Source: Candidatus Latescibacterota bacterium (lineage in GTDB: Bacteria > Latescibacterota > UBA2968 > UBA8231). From it: a stretch of DNA of 64,000 nt. Shown here piece by piece: positions 63,065 to 64,000 of this stretch. A program made the position numbers and the translations under genes. The first letter of the stretch is position 1. Each line of letters starts with the position of its first letter. The stretch spans positions 6,208,001-6,272,000 of the forward strand of contig OZ242214.1 of the NCBI GenBank assembly GCA_965206595.1, given 5' to 3'. The notes under the pieces are model-generated. The model saw only the letters and a list, made by a program, of their open reading frames with translations. It was not told the origin of the DNA and searched no databases.

Positions 63065-64000
63065 ATGAAGAAAAATGACCTGATCGACATTGCGCAGGCC
63101 CTGGTCCCGCCCGGCAGGGGAATCCTGGCGGCCGACGAAAGCTCCGGCACGATCGCGAAGCGGTTTGCGAGCATCGGAACCGAGTCGACGGAGGAGAACC
63201 GGCGCTCCTACAGGGAGCTGCTGTTCACGACGCCGGGCATGGAGGAGTTCATAAGCGGCGTCATCCTGTACGACGAGACCATCCGGCAGGCGGCCGGCGA
63301 CGGCACGCCGCTGCCGCAGGTGCTGTCGGCGAAGGGGGTGATTCCCGGGATCAAGGCGGACAAGGGGCTGAAGGATCTGCCCGGTTTCCCGGGAGAGCAG
63401 ACCACCGAGGGACTCGACGGCCTGCAGGACCGGCTGGCCGAGTACCGGGAGCTGGGGGCGCGGTTCGCCAAGTGGCGGGCGGTGACCGCCATCGGCGACG
63501 GACTCCCCACTGCGGGCTGCATCGAGGCCAACGCTCACGGGCTGGCGCGCTACGCGGCGATATCGCAGGCGGCCGGGCTGGTGCCGATCGTCGAGCCGGA
63601 GGTGCTGATGGACGGCGACCACGACCTGCAGGCCTGCGAAGAGGCTACCGAGGCCACCCTTGCCAGCACCTACGGCCAGCTGCTCAGCCAGCGCGTCGAG
63701 CTCGAGGGCACCCTGCTGAAACCGAACATGGTGCTCTCCGGCAAGGACTGCCCGCAGCAGGCCCGGGTCGAGGAGGTCGCCGAGGCGACCCTCCTCTGCT
63801 TCCGCCGCACCGTGCCCGCGGCGGTCCCTGGCATCGTGTTCCTCTCGGGGGGACAGAGCCCGGAGCAGGCCACCGCCCACCTCAACGCGATGAACGCCAT
63901 CGGCGGGGCGCCCTGGCAGCTGAGCTTCTCGTACGGCCGCGCCCTGCAGGAGACGGCGTTGAAGGCGTGGCGGGGGGATTCCGCCAACATCGAGGCGGCG
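63065..64000 (+). CDS. Fructose-bisphosphate aldolase class I (runs off the window; absent from the ORF track)
   Basis: Manual translation: MKKNDLIDIAQALVPPGRGILAADES...FAKWRAV...VPIVEPEV...TLLKPNMV...FLSGGQS...FSYGRALQ. Confidence 0.95.
   Translation, partial: MKKNDLIDIAQALVPPGRGILAADESSGTIAKRFASIGTESTEENRRSYRELLFTTPGMEEFISGVILYDETIRQAAGDGTPLPQVLSAKGVIPGIKADKGLKDLPGFPGEQTTEGLDGLQDRLAEYRELGARFAKWRAVTAIGDGLPTAGCIEANAHGLARYAAISQAAGLVPIVEPEVLMDGDHDLQACEEATEATLASTYGQLLSQRVELEGTLLKPNMVLSGKDCPQQARVEEVAEATLLCFRRTVPAAVPGIVFLSGGQSPEQATAHLNAMNAIGGAPWQLSFSYGRALQETALKAWRGDSANIEAA

Overview
High-GC bacterial chromosomal window. Gene content and order (porX-tsaE, yggS-yggT-ileS-dksA-lspA-rluD, WD40-Omp85, many lipoproteins) suggest a diderm FCB-group organism such as Latescibacterota; this placement is inference. 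About 50 genes cover housekeeping (tsaE, ileS, lspA, secDF, map, dnaE, dut), envelope and nucleotide-sugar functions (wecB, uxs-like, ugd, rfbB, SLBB exporter, GT-C), glcDE, an RND efflux pump, a xanthine-dehydrogenase-family M-S-L molybdoenzyme with a MoaD-like protein, and a partial class I aldolase at the right edge. I found no tRNA, rRNA, CRISPR array or transposase. The main leads are: (1) a GT2 that resembles the animal queuosine-tRNA galactosyltransferase QTGAL/B3GNTL1 over its whole length, paired with a sugar isomerase; (2) a three-gene operon of TPR lipoprotein, zinc-peptidase/beta-propeller/Omp85 fusion, and lipoprotein; (3) a PorX-TsaE-barrel-barrel-Tyr/Gly-lipoprotein cluster; (4) a MoaD-like protein ending GGS; (5) an ABC exporter with a Zn-ribbon N-terminus plus DUF1854; (6) a Rieske protein fused to an uncharacterised His-containing domain. 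Several genes at 54-63 kb are decayed (TonB receptor/DUF4249, response regulator, methyltransferase, possibly the kinase). All family calls come from motif recognition, not database searches.
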